Source of the DNA: Tepidisphaera sp.
GTDB lineage: Bacteria; Planctomycetota; Phycisphaerae; Phycisphaerales; UBA1924
Assembly: GCA_050916045.1 (NCBI GenBank)
Contig: CP051526.1
Span: 2,688,001-2,752,000, forward strand
Length of the DNA stretch: 64,000 bases
Reading direction: 5' to 3'
The notes beneath the pieces were generated by a model. The model was not told the DNA's origin. It saw only the letters and a program-made list of their open reading frames with translations, and did no database searches. The first letter of the stretch is position 1. Every line of letters begins with the position of its first letter. Of this stretch, positions 1-9,830 are shown piece by piece. Both the position numbers and the translations under genes were made by a program.

Positions 1-71
1 CGAAGAAGTGAGTTGACTGTGATCCCATCTTGGTGAGACCGTCGGGAGGGCGAAGGCTCTTCCGGCGATTT

Positions 72-584
72 ATGGCGAAGAAGAAGAAAAAAGCGAAATC
101 AAGCACGCCGCTTCCGGGCAGCGTGACGTGGATGGACCTCACGGTGGCGGACGCCGACCCGGTGCGCGATTTCTATGCGGAGGTTGCCGGCTGGCGGCCT
201 TCGCCGATTGAGATGGGCGGGTACTCCGACTATGTCATGACGGCGGGCGAGGGCGCGGGGCTGACGGCGTTCGGCGTCTGCCACGCTCGCGGGGCGAACG
301 CCGAGCAGCCGCAAGCGTGGATGATCTACATCAACGTCGCGGACCTGGACGACGCGGTGGCCAAGGTGACGACGCACGGCGGACGGGTTGTGCGACCCTC
401 GGTCGCGTGCGGCGGCATGGGGCGGTTCGCGATCGTGACGGACCCGTCGGGGACGGCGGTCGGGCTGTTTGAGACGGCCGCGCCGTCGGAACCCGCGAAG
501 AAGGCGCCCAAGGCGAAGAAAGCTCCAGCCAAGAAGGCCGCAAAGAAGCCGGCGAAGAAGCTCGCGAAGCGAGCGACGAAGTGA
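72..584 (+). CDS. VOC/glyoxalase family protein with Lys/Ala-rich tail
   Basis: VTWMDL..D....FYAEVAGW and WMIYINVADLD...GG..V....GRFAIVTDPSG motifs; in-frame ATG at 72. Confidence 0.85.
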   Translation: MAKKKKKAKSSTPLPGSVTWMDLTVADADPVRDFYAEVAGWRPSPIEMGGYSDYVMTAGEGAGLTAFGVCHARGANAEQPQAWMIYINVADLDDAVAKVTTHGGRVVRPSVACGGMGRFAIVTDPSGTAVGLFETAAPSEPAKKAPKAKKAPAKKAAKKPAKKLAKRATK

Positions 585-621
585 TCCGGAGCTGATCGAT
601 AGCCCAAACCCACGGCCGAAC

Positions 622-2322
622 CTACGGATTGTTCTGCTGCGGCTTCTCGCCCGTCGTCGCGGACGGATCGCCCGTGTGCTCGAGCCCTTCGGGGCCGCCG
701 AGGGGGAGGGTGATTCGGAAGGTTGCACCGCGGCCTTCTTCGGAATCGACCTCGATCGTGCCCTGGTGTTCTTCCACGATGCGTTTGGCGACGGCGAGGC
801 CAAGGCCGGTGCCGCGGACGCCCTTGGTGGTGTTGAAGGGGAGGAAAATCCAGGCTTGCTTGAACTTGGGGATGCCGGGGCCGTTGTCCTGCACGGCGAT
901 CTCGGCTTTGAGGCCGACGCCGGAGGTCGCGGCGGGCGGTTGGCCGCCGGACCAGCCGGCGCGGATGGTGACGACGCCTTTGTTGGCTTCGACGGCTTCG
1001 ACGGCGTTCAGGATGAGGTTCATGAGCGACTGGTGCATCAGGTGCGGGTCGAGCATGACCGGGGGGAGGTCCTTGTCGACGTCGGAGATGACGACGACCT
1101 GCTTGCTTCGGGCTTGGCTTTCGACGAGCTGGAGGCATTCGTCGATGAGGGGGCCGAGTTTGGTGAGTTCGGGCTCGACCTTGCGCTGGCGGCTGAAGGT
1201 GAGCATGTTGAGGGTGAGGTTGACGATGCGGTCGAGGTTCCGCTTGAGGATCGCCCAGCCGCCCTTGGCGACCTTGAGGTCGTCCTTTTTGAGGCCGAGC
1301 TCGACGACATCCGCGCCGCCGCGGAGTCCCTGAAGGATGTTCTTGATCGAGTGCGAAAGGCTCGCGACGGTCTCGCCGATGGCAGCCAGGCGTTCGGTCT
1401 GCAGCTTCTGCTGGTACATCTCGGCGGTGGCGAGAGCCAGGCCGGTGTGCTGGCCGATGGCGTTCATAAGGGCGAGCTGCTCGGGCGTGAAGGTGTAGTT
1501 GGCGATCGAGCTGTCGACGTACATCGCGCCGTAGATACGGTCGCGGTACTTGATGGGTGAGCAGATGGCCGAGCGGATGTGGCCGCGTTGCACGCTGTCG
1601 CCTTTGGCGAAGCGCGGGTCGGTCATGGCGTTGCTGCTGAGCACGCCTTCGCCCTTTTTGGCGACGTGCTGGAGGATGGTGCGGCTGACGTGGATCTTGG
1701 CATCGTCGAGGTCGCGGGGCGCGACGGCGTACTTCACGACGGCGGGCTTGGGGGCTTCGTCGGGGTTGTCGCCCATCTGGAGGATGAAGCCGCGTTCGGG
1801 CTTGAACTCGGCGAAGATGACCTCCATGACCTGGCGGAGGAGATCCTGCCGCTCGGTGACCTGGGTGAGGATGGTGGTGAGGCGGTAGATGACGCGGAGG
1901 TGGTCGACGGCGGCGGCGCGGGGCTCGGGCTCGGACATGAGGACCGAGTCGGCGTTGCTGCTGAGCGTTCGCTCGATCGAGGTGTCGATCTGGTCGGTGC
2001 GGAGGACGCGGATGACCTCGGGGTCCTTGAGCTCGGTCTGTCCGAAGACGAAGAGGGTCGAACCGGTGCGGATCTGGTCGCCGGGGCGGAGGCGGAGGCG
2101 TTCGGCGATCTTGACGCCGTTGACGTAGGTGCCGTTCTGGCTTTCGAGGTCGCGGAGGTACCACGCGCCGTCGTCGGGGGTGAGCTCGGCGTGTCGCCGG
2201 GACACGGTGGTGTCCATGAGCGGGAGAGCTTCGCTCGAGCGGCCGATGAGCTGCGGCTCATGGTCGGGGAGTTCGTAGGTGCGGCCCTTGTCGGGCCCTT
2301 GGATGACGGTGAGTACCAGCAA
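622..2322 (-). CDS. FHA-GAF-HisKA-HATPase sensor histidine kinase
   Basis: FHA (IGRS..VSRRHAEL..DLESQNGTYVNG), GAF (IRSAICSP), H-box (SLSHSIKNIL), G boxes (DNGPGI, GTGLGL); TTG start inferred at 2322. Confidence 0.9.
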   Translation of the reverse strand: MLVLTVIQGPDKGRTYELPDHEPQLIGRSSEALPLMDTTVSRRHAELTPDDGAWYLRDLESQNGTYVNGVKIAERLRLRPGDQIRTGSTLFVFGQTELKDPEVIRVLRTDQIDTSIERTLSSNADSVLMSEPEPRAAAVDHLRVIYRLTTILTQVTERQDLLRQVMEVIFAEFKPERGFILQMGDNPDEAPKPAVVKYAVAPRDLDDAKIHVSRTILQHVAKKGEGVLSSNAMTDPRFAKGDSVQRGHIRSAICSPIKYRDRIYGAMYVDSSIANYTFTPEQLALMNAIGQHTGLALATAEMYQQKLQTERLAAIGETVASLSHSIKNILQGLRGGADVVELGLKKDDLKVAKGGWAILKRNLDRIVNLTLNMLTFSRQRKVEPELTKLGPLIDECLQLVESQARSKQVVVISDVDKDLPPVMLDPHLMHQSLMNLILNAVEAVEANKGVVTIRAGWSGGQPPAATSGVGLKAEIAVQDNGPGIPKFKQAWIFLPFNTTKGVRGTGLGLAVAKRIVEEHQGTIEVDSEEGRGATFRITLPLGGPEGLEHTGDPSATTGEKPQQNNP

Positions 2323-2372
2323 GCCCGACGGTAGGACCCCCGCCGGCGACCGGGCACGGTTATCCTCCGGGC

Positions 2373-2858
2373 ATGAACAGAGCACTCATCGATCTTTATG
2401 AAGCGGGCGCGACCGTTCCGGCGGCGGCAGTCGTCGGGTTGTCCGCGAGCGAGCTTGACGCTTTGCCGATCCCGGGCACGTGGAGCATCCGTCAGATCAT
2501 CGTTCACCTGTGGGAGAGCGATCTGGCGGCGACGCACCGGATGCGGCGGATTGTGGCGGAGGATGTGCCGCTTTTGATCGCGTACGACGAGACGGCGTGC
2601 GCGAAGCACCTTTCGTACGAGCGGGAAGACCTGACGCGGGTGTGCAGGCTTTTTGACGACAACCGGCGGATGACGGCGGACCTGCTCAAGCGGCTTCCGG
2701 ACGCGGCTTTCGATCGCGTGGGGATCCACAACCAGCGTGGCAAGGTCTCGCTGGCGGACTTCGTGCAGGTGTACGTGGACCACATCCGCGGGCATATGGT
2801 GCACCTGCTTCGCAAGCGGGAGATGCTGGGCAAGCCGCTGGCGGTCAAGGTGCCTTGA
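2373..2858 (+). CDS. DinB/YfiT-like metal-dependent protein
   Basis: PGTWSIRQIIVHL and DHIRGH motifs. Confidence 0.85.
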   Translation: MNRALIDLYEAGATVPAAAVVGLSASELDALPIPGTWSIRQIIVHLWESDLAATHRMRRIVAEDVPLLIAYDETACAKHLSYEREDLTRVCRLFDDNRRMTADLLKRLPDAAFDRVGIHNQRGKVSLADFVQVYVDHIRGHMVHLLRKREMLGKPLAVKVP

Positions 2859-2881
2859 GGCTGAGAGGGGACACGGGGAAG

Positions 2882-2924
2882 AAAACGAAACAGCCCCGCG
2901 CGGATGCGCGGGGCTGTTGTTTTT
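2882..2924. terminator. Bidirectional intrinsic terminator between convergent genes
   Basis: 13-bp stem aacagccccgcgc/gcgcggggctgtt flanked by A and T tracts. Confidence 0.75.
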
Positions 2925-2966
2925 GCTTCGTGACTGCGTGACTTGGCGACTTCCTGACTTCCGGGG

Positions 2967-4808
2967 TCACTTCACCATGATGACGCTCGGGGTCATGAGG
3001 AGCACGGGCTCCTTGCGGAGCTGGAGGGTCGCTTGCATGCCCTGGCGGACCTGAATCCAGGCATCGCCGAAGAGTTCCTGGCCGGCGGCGTTGATGCCCG
3101 CGAGGGGGGAGGCACCGGGGAGCTTGACGCTCGGGCCCTGCACCATGCCGCCGAAGGTGTCCTCGATCATCTCGGGGATGCTCTTCGGGCCGGGGAAGTG
3201 CATGACGTCGGGGTCGGTGACGCCGACTTCGGTGGCGAGGTCGCGGACGGCTTCATCGAGGCCGCCGATCTTGTCGGCCATCTTGAGCGCGACGGCCTTT
3301 TCGCCGGTGAAGAGGCGGCCTTCGGCGGTCTTGCCGAGGTCGATGCCGGGGCGGCCGGCGGTGACGCGGCTTGTGAACTGGTCGTAGGTCTCGGTCATCT
3401 TGCGACGGACGGTCGCGATTTCCTCAGGGGTCCACGGCGAGGTGGAGCGGAACATCTCCGAACGCGGGCCGCGGGAGCGGTCGACGACGTTCACCTTGAG
3501 CATCTTGTAGAGGCCGTCCATCGAGACGCGGCCGCCGACGACGCCGATGGAGCCGACGATGCTCGAGGGGTTGACGTAGATCTTCTGACCGCCGACAGCG
3601 GCGTAGTAACCGCCGGAAGCCGCCATGCTTCCGACGGAGACCCAGACGGGCTTCTTCGCGGAAAGCTTCTTGAGGCCCTGATAGATGACCTCAGACGCGG
3701 TGGCGGAGCCGCCGGGGGAGTTGATGCGGAGAACGACGCCCTTGATGAGGTCCTCTTCGATGAGCTCCTCGATCATGCGGCGGATGGTGCGGCTTCCGAC
3801 CGAGCCTTCGCCGCCCATGAGGCCGCCGGAGGTGGAGTCACCATCGACGATCGCGCCGTCGATGTGGAGGACGGCGATGGTCGGGCCCTTGGGCGTGGTG
3901 TCGGGCTTCTGCGAGAGTTTGGTGAGGAGAGCGAAGGGGTTGCCAACGTCCATCTCGTCGGACTTGCTGGCGAGGAGGCTGTCGTCGAGGTTCATCTCGC
4001 GGCCGTACTTCTTGTCGAGGTGGGTGACGAGCTCGGGGTAGTCGAGCGGCCCGTCGGCGAGGCCGGATTTCTGGGCGTCTTCGGAATCAGCAAGCCAGAG
4101 GTCGCTGAACGCCTGGTCAAGCTTGGCATCGTCGAGGTTGCGGTTGGCTTTGAAGGTGGAACGCATGTTGCCGTACATGCTGTCCATGAGCTGGTTGATG
4201 TTCTGGTCCCAAGCCGGGCTGGGCTTGCTGTTGACCATCATCTCGTTGGCGCCTTTGTAGTCGCCGACCTGGACGAATTCGGCTTTGAGGCCGGCCCAGG
4301 CGAGGGTGTCGGCGAGGAACATCTCTTCGGCGTGCATGCCGGTGAGCATGACGGGCGCGCCGGGCATGGCGAGGACCTCATCGGCGTAGGAGGCGAGGAG
4401 GAGTTCGGCCGTGCCGTAGGCTTCGGAGAAGACGTGGACCTTCTTGCCGGCGGCACGAACGGCTTTGATCGCGGCACCCAGTTCCTCGGTGTGGGTGCGG
4501 GAGATTTCGGCGTCCTTGAGGCGGATCACCAAACCGGCGTACTTGTCGGTTGTGGCGACGCGATGGATGGCGGTGACGGCGTCGGAGAGGGTGACGTGCC
4601 CCTCGTTGCCCATGAGCCAAGCGAGGGGGCTTGGCTGCTCGTGCAGGGCTCCCTCGATCTCGATGAGGGCGACGGTGTCGGCGAGAGCCGCGGGCGCGGC
4701 GAGAACCGCGGGGGCCGGGGCGGACGGACGCAGAGCGATGGCCGTCCCGGAGAGGGACACCAAAGCCAGGGTGCTGACGATCAGACGGGACGCGAGCGAA
4801 ACACGCAT
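2967..4808 (-). CDS. sppA: Signal peptide peptidase SppA (S49, two-domain type)
   Basis: GDYKGA, LRINSPGGS, MAASGGYY, GSIGV and AEGRLFTG motifs; N-terminal signal peptide. Confidence 0.9.
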   Translation of the reverse strand: MRVSLASRLIVSTLALVSLSGTAIALRPSAPAPAVLAAPAALADTVALIEIEGALHEQPSPLAWLMGNEGHVTLSDAVTAIHRVATTDKYAGLVIRLKDAEISRTHTEELGAAIKAVRAAGKKVHVFSEAYGTAELLLASYADEVLAMPGAPVMLTGMHAEEMFLADTLAWAGLKAEFVQVGDYKGANEMMVNSKPSPAWDQNINQLMDSMYGNMRSTFKANRNLDDAKLDQAFSDLWLADSEDAQKSGLADGPLDYPELVTHLDKKYGREMNLDDSLLASKSDEMDVGNPFALLTKLSQKPDTTPKGPTIAVLHIDGAIVDGDSTSGGLMGGEGSVGSRTIRRMIEELIEEDLIKGVVLRINSPGGSATASEVIYQGLKKLSAKKPVWVSVGSMAASGGYYAAVGGQKIYVNPSSIVGSIGVVGGRVSMDGLYKMLKVNVVDRSRGPRSEMFRSTSPWTPEEIATVRRKMTETYDQFTSRVTAGRPGIDLGKTAEGRLFTGEKAVALKMADKIGGLDEAVRDLATEVGVTDPDVMHFPGPKSIPEMIEDTFGGMVQGPSVKLPGASPLAGINAAGQELFGDAWIQVRQGMQATLQLRKEPVLLMTPSVIMVK

Positions 4809-4943
4809 GCGGATCTCCTTCGGCAGGTTCTACCGAAGATCCTAGGTGCGGTTTCAATCCGCAATCGGAGCCCGATGGCGGCCCTGTGGCGGCCGCATGG
4901 CGACCGGATCGGGGCGGGAAGGGCGCAGGAAAGCTGCCCGGAC

Positions 4944-5384
4944 TCAGTCGTAGCCGAGCTCGCGAAGGTCCTCCTCCGACAGGCCGAATTGGTGGCCCAT
5001 CTCATGGAGCAGGGTGACCATGACCTCCTCGTAGACGGCGTCTTCGCCGCCCGGGCCGGTGTCGTCATCTTCGGAAAAGTCCGGACGCGGCTCCCACCCG
5101 CCGGCGAGGGAAATGATCCCCTCACGGAAGAGGTGGATGCTGCTCGTCAGAGCGGGATGCTCGACCGAGGCTTCGGTGTCCGGCGTGCCCGAGTGCAGGC
5201 CGCAGATTTCAAGAGCGGCTTGCGTGTCCGCGGGGTCGATGTCGAGATCCCGGAGCATCTCCGCGGTCGGCCGGTCGAGCACCACGACCGGGACCTCGTC
5301 CAGAAGCTGGTGCAAGCGATCGGGCAAGCTCCCGATCGCTTCTTCGACCAAAGCGTCGAATCGCTCGCGTTCGATCTTGGTCAC
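4944..5384 (-). CDS. Minimal zincin metallopeptidase family protein
   Basis: RFDALVEEAIGSLP start and TLLHEMGHQFGL HExxH motif; GTG start overlaps the upstream stop (GTGA). Confidence 0.85.
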   Translation of the reverse strand: MTKIERERFDALVEEAIGSLPDRLHQLLDEVPVVVLDRPTAEMLRDLDIDPADTQAALEICGLHSGTPDTEASVEHPALTSSIHLFREGIISLAGGWEPRPDFSEDDDTGPGGEDAVYEEVMVTLLHEMGHQFGLSEEDLRELGYD

Positions 5385-6412
5385 GGCTGGGCCCCCTTGG
5401 CGGGCGGAGACGGGGCCGGGGAGGGGATCGGAGGAGGAGCGGCGGGCGGTGCTTGTCTTGCCGGTTCGATCGGCGCGATCGTGTCGAGATGAAGGGGTGG
5501 CGCGATGATCGAGTGTCGAAGCCGGAGGATGTCGATGACCACGCCGAAGATCCCGAGCAGGATCAGGAAGGACCCCACCGCGATGATCGCCGCTCCGAGA
5601 CCGGCGAGAATGTCCGACTGGTCGGTCTGCACGCCCGGCGCTCCCAGGCGGAGCACATCCCCCATCGCCGCCAGGCCCACGGCGGCCAGGATCACGAGAA
5701 GCGTCTGTCGGTCGACGCGCCCCGTCCGCATCAGCAGCGAGCGAGAGACCAGGAGCCGGCCGTTGGGACGGATGCCCAGGATGAGCACCGCCATGCACGC
5801 CGCGCAACCGAGTCGGAACATCGAACGGACCGGCCCCAACCGCGGATCCAGACTGGTAAACGGCGGCCCGCCCTGCGTATCGATGACCGCGTGCAGCTGC
5901 CACGTGAGATACGCGAGCGGAAAGTGCGCGAGACAGGCCAGCGCGGCGGCCAGACTGTGAAGGACGGTGATCTTCGCGTGCGGGCGCACAAAGGCGACCG
6001 CAAAGACGCCCGCCAGAGCCAACAGCAACGCCGGCACCGAGCGCCACTCCGGCGCCAGCGCGAGGTCGGGCCCGCCCAAGGCGCGAATGAGCTCCTCTGA
6101 CCGAAGCAGCACGACAGCGAGCGCGGCGCCCAGGCACGACAGGCTCCAGAGGATGAGGGAAACGGCCGTCGGGATGGGCCAGTAGATGGGCGAGAGTTCT
6201 CGGGCGTGCGGGTCGACGGTGGCGAGAATCGTGCCGCGGACCGGCGTTCCGCATTCGGGGCAGACGGCGAGGATCGACAGGCCGCGGAGGTTGTACCGGC
6301 ACTTGGCGCACGGCAGGTCGCCCGTGAGCACACGGATCCACGCTTCGGCGGGGATTTTCGAGGTGTCAAAGGTGACCCGTTCGGGCGGGTTGTCGGACGG
6401 ACGGTCGATCAC
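5381..6412 (-). CDS. Multi-pass membrane protein with N-terminal zinc ribbon
   Basis: CAKCRYNLRGL..CPECG followed by about 6 hydrophobic segments; start uncertain. Confidence 0.7.
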   Translation of the reverse strand: MIDRPSDNPPERVTFDTSKIPAEAWIRVLTGDLPCAKCRYNLRGLSILAVCPECGTPVRGTILATVDPHARELSPIYWPIPTAVSLILWSLSCLGAALAVVLLRSEELIRALGGPDLALAPEWRSVPALLLALAGVFAVAFVRPHAKITVLHSLAAALACLAHFPLAYLTWQLHAVIDTQGGPPFTSLDPRLGPVRSMFRLGCAACMAVLILGIRPNGRLLVSRSLLMRTGRVDRQTLLVILAAVGLAAMGDVLRLGAPGVQTDQSDILAGLGAAIIAVGSFLILLGIFGVVIDILRLRHSIIAPPLHLDTIAPIEPARQAPPAAPPPIPSPAPSPPAKGAQP

Positions 6413-6512
6413 TTCGCAAGGGCTCCCACGCGGAACGCCTGCCGTCCGCAACGCGCAGTCTACCCGAAACCATGGATCGCCACAAGCGGAAGCGGTTCAT
6501 ACCCTCGACGCT

Positions 6513-6743
6513 ATGGCACGTCTCGTCAAGTTGGATCAGGCCGGACCCGTCAAGATCGAACCCGGGCACGAAAGGCCCGTATGGGTGTGCGCGTGCGGGC
6601 TCTCCAAGACCTTTCCGATCTGCGATGGAAGCCACAAGACCACCGCAAAGGTGGAAGAGCCGGGCAAGCTCTATCAGTACGACCCGGTCACCCTCGCCGT
6701 TCTCAAGGTCGAGGACCTTCCGCCCGCGAAGCCGCAGGGTTGA
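6513..6743 (+). CDS. CDGSH iron-sulfur domain protein
   Basis: CACGLSKTFPICDGSH signature; ATG at 6513. Confidence 0.9.
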   Translation: MARLVKLDQAGPVKIEPGHERPVWVCACGLSKTFPICDGSHKTTAKVEEPGKLYQYDPVTLAVLKVEDLPPAKPQG

Positions 6744-6754
6744 GCGGGTGCGGG

Positions 6755-9700
6755 TTATTCGGGCTTGCCTGGAACGCCCGTAATCCGTTCGGCGATCAGT
6801 TCGATGGGGTGCACGGCTTTGCGGCCGGCGCCGTCGTGGATCTGGTGGCGACAACTCGTTCCTGGCGCACAGACCTGGGCATGGGGAGCGTCTCGGAGCG
6901 CGGGGAAGAGCGTGAGTTCGCCGATCCGCATGGAGAGGTCGTAGCGGTCGGTCGTGAACCCGAACGACCCGGCCATGCCACAACAGCCGGTGTCGAGCAC
7001 CTTGAGGTCGTCCCCGAGAATCTCGCGGAGGATCTTCGCGGAGGATTCGGCGCCCCAGAGCGCCTTCTGATGGCAGTGGCCGTGGAGGACGACGGGGCGG
7101 AGAAGTCGGCCACCGTCGGCGTCGTCGCACATGGCTTTGAGCTGGGCCGCGTGGTCGGCGCGGGCGAGGAACTCCTCAGGGAGGAAGCACTTGGCCGCGA
7201 GCTTCTTGCGAAGGGCGATGGGGGCTTGAAGGTTGATCTGAAGCCAGTCGTCCTTGATCGCCGAGAGGCATGAGGGTTCGGCGACAAGGATGGCTTCCAC
7301 TCGTTCGTCGTCGATGAGCGGGCGGAGGCGTTCGATCGTGGCGTCAACCTGGTCGATGGCTTCGGGGAGAAGGCCGGTTGAGATGAAGGAGCGTCCGCAG
7401 CAGCCGGCGTCGGCGAGGGCGATGTGGTAGCCGAGGGCTTCGTAGACGATCTTGGTGGCGCGTCCGATGCCGGGCTCGTTGAACATCGTGAAGCAGTCGC
7501 CGAAGAGGGCGACGCGAGGCTTGGCGTGCGCGGGTTCGGCGCGGAAGTCCGAAGCGAGCGAGCGTGCGAACGCGGGCACGTCGCGGCGGGGGTCGATCTT
7601 GGCGAACTTCTTGAGCAGCCATTTCACGAGCGGGGTGCGGTTCATCCAGTTCGCAAGCCCGGGGGTGAGCGAGCCGAGGCGGTTGAGGGTGCGGACGTAG
7701 CCGAACATCATCGCGGAGAGGGGCGGGCCTCCGGCGGCTTTATATCGCTGCGAGGTGTACTCGGCTTTGAGGCGCGAGATGTCGACGTTGCTGGGGCACT
7801 CGGTCTTGCAGGCTTTGCAGGAGAGACAGAGGTTGAGGGTTTCGATGGTTCCGGGGTCGTTCCAGACGCCGCCGGGGGTCTCGGGGGCTCCTAGCTGTCC
7901 GGAGATGGCAAGGCGGAGAGCGTTGCCGCGGCCGCGGGTGCTGTGGCGTTCGTCGAGGGTGGCTTGATAGCTGGGGCACATGGTGCCGCCGGTCTTTTTG
8001 CGGCAGACGCCCGCGCCGTTGCACATCTCGACCGCACCCTCGAACCCGTGCTGATCGTCGTAGTTGAAGGAGGTGTGGACCGAGGGGAAGGTTGTGGGCC
8101 GATCGATGGCGGGCTCAACGCGAAGTTTCTGGCTGATGGACTCGATGGGCCGCGGCTCGACGATGTTGCCGGGGTTGAGGAGGTTCCGCGGATCGAAGAT
8201 GGTCTTGACGTCACGGAACGCGGCCATGATCTCGGGGCCGAAGAAGCGTTCGAGAAGCGGACCACGGACGCGGCCGTCGCCGTGCTCGCCGGACATGACG
8301 CCGCCGAGTTCGCGGGCGAGATCGGCGGTCTCGACGGCGATAGCTTGCATGATCTTCCGGTCGGCGGTGTCGTGGATGTCGATGAGGGGTCGGACGTGGA
8401 GGACGCCGACGGAGGCGTGGGCCCAGTAGGCGGCGATGGTGCCGTGCTTGGTGACGATGGCTCGGAGGCGCTTCACGAATTCGCCGAGGCGTTCGACGGG
8501 GATGGCGTTGTCTTCGATGAAGGTGATGGGCTTGCGGTCGCCCGGGACACCGTGGAGGAGGGGCTCGCCGGCTTTGCGGAGCTTCCATGCGTTGAGCATG
8601 GCTTTCGCGTCGGTGTGGTCCTGGCGGGCGATTCCGGGCATGATCTTGGCGAGTTGGTCGAACTTGGCCTGAATCTCCTCGGGTCCGTAGGTGGAGAAGT
8701 ACTCGACGTAGAGGACGGCTTTGAGGGGTTTGCCGTCGGCGGGGAGGGGCATGAGCTCGACGTAGCGGCGGTACTCGGCGTTGGCGGAAGCCAGTCCAAC
8801 GACCATGTCGTCGAGGAGTTCGACGGCGCTGGGGCCGGTAGCGAGGATGGGGATGACGGCGGCGATCGCTTCGTCGAGGTCGGAGAACCCGAGCACGCTG
8901 AGGCCCTTGGATTTGGGCTTGGGATGAAGGGCCAAGCGTGCGCCGAGGGTCACGGCGAGGGTGCCTTCGCTGCCGCAGACGAGGTGGGCGAGGTTGACCT
9001 CGGAGAGATTCGCGGGGTCCTTCTCGATCGCGGCGAGGACCATGTCGAGGGCGTATCCGGCGTTGCGGCGGACGGTCTTGGGGAAGCGTCCCTTGATGAT
9101 GGGAGCGATCGGGAGGATCACATCGGCGACGCGACGCGTCAGCTCGCGGACGCGGGGATCGCGGAGGGCCGCTCCCTTGTCGAAGGTAAGGCGGGTGCCG
9201 TCGGCGAGCATGACGTCCACGCCGAGCAGGCTTTCGCTGGTGCGACCGTAGCGGATGGATCGCGAGCCGGCGGCGTTGTTGCCGATGGCGCCGCCGATGT
9301 TGCAGTGTTTGCTGGTCGCGGGGTCTGGCGCGAAAAAGAGGTTGGTGCGGCGGCCCAGAGCGTCGTTGAGGTCGTCGACGGAGATGCCGGGCTCGACGAA
9401 GCACTCGCGCCCTTCGGCGTCGATCGAGAGAACCTTGCCGCAGAACGCGGAGAAGTCGATGACGACGGCCCGGTTGGTGCACTGGCCTGCGAGGGAGGTG
9501 CCGCCGCCACGGGGGAGGATGGGCAAGCTTCGCTTGGAGCAGAACTCGACGGCCGCGACGGCGTCCTCGATGTCGGCGGGGATGACGACGCCGAGGGGCT
9601 CGACCTGGTAGAGCGATGCGTCGGTCGCGTAGAGCATCCGATTGTGGCGATCGAATCGCACCTCGCCCCGAACGGCGTTGGCCAGATCGCGGGCGACCGC

Positions 9701-9775
9701 GTCGCGTTCGCTCTCGGACATGGGGTACGTCGGGAGCGAGCCGGGATTGGACTTCAGCACGGGGAGCGCGGTCAT
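6755..9775 (-). CDS. FAD-linked oxidase with 4Fe-4S and CCG domains (YdiJ/GlcD-GlcF fusion type)
   Basis: PRGGGTSLAGQ, GSEGTL, SGEHGDG, CNGAGVC, CLSCKACKTECP, CCG motifs. Confidence 0.9.
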   Translation of the reverse strand: MTALPVLKSNPGSLPTYPMSESERDAVARDLANAVRGEVRFDRHNRMLYATDASLYQVEPLGVVIPADIEDAVAAVEFCSKRSLPILPRGGGTSLAGQCTNRAVVIDFSAFCGKVLSIDAEGRECFVEPGISVDDLNDALGRRTNLFFAPDPATSKHCNIGGAIGNNAAGSRSIRYGRTSESLLGVDVMLADGTRLTFDKGAALRDPRVRELTRRVADVILPIAPIIKGRFPKTVRRNAGYALDMVLAAIEKDPANLSEVNLAHLVCGSEGTLAVTLGARLALHPKPKSKGLSVLGFSDLDEAIAAVIPILATGPSAVELLDDMVVGLASANAEYRRYVELMPLPADGKPLKAVLYVEYFSTYGPEEIQAKFDQLAKIMPGIARQDHTDAKAMLNAWKLRKAGEPLLHGVPGDRKPITFIEDNAIPVERLGEFVKRLRAIVTKHGTIAAYWAHASVGVLHVRPLIDIHDTADRKIMQAIAVETADLARELGGVMSGEHGDGRVRGPLLERFFGPEIMAAFRDVKTIFDPRNLLNPGNIVEPRPIESISQKLRVEPAIDRPTTFPSVHTSFNYDDQHGFEGAVEMCNGAGVCRKKTGGTMCPSYQATLDERHSTRGRGNALRLAISGQLGAPETPGGVWNDPGTIETLNLCLSCKACKTECPSNVDISRLKAEYTSQRYKAAGGPPLSAMMFGYVRTLNRLGSLTPGLANWMNRTPLVKWLLKKFAKIDPRRDVPAFARSLASDFRAEPAHAKPRVALFGDCFTMFNEPGIGRATKIVYEALGYHIALADAGCCGRSFISTGLLPEAIDQVDATIERLRPLIDDERVEAILVAEPSCLSAIKDDWLQINLQAPIALRKKLAAKCFLPEEFLARADHAAQLKAMCDDADGGRLLRPVVLHGHCHQKALWGAESSAKILREILGDDLKVLDTGCCGMAGSFGFTTDRYDLSMRIGELTLFPALRDAPHAQVCAPGTSCRHQIHDGAGRKAVHPIELIAERITGVPGKPE

Positions 9776-9830
9776 CGGCGGGAGTTTAGACGTTCGCGGG
9801 ACGAGGAAAGGCGGAAGCCCGCGTGGAGCG

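Noticed and set aside
3033..5492. Long antisense ORFs (e.g. 3033-5492, 9642-11873, 26827-29622, 38027-40270, 54902-57412)
   Set aside because: Shadow frames of well-supported genes in high-GC DNA
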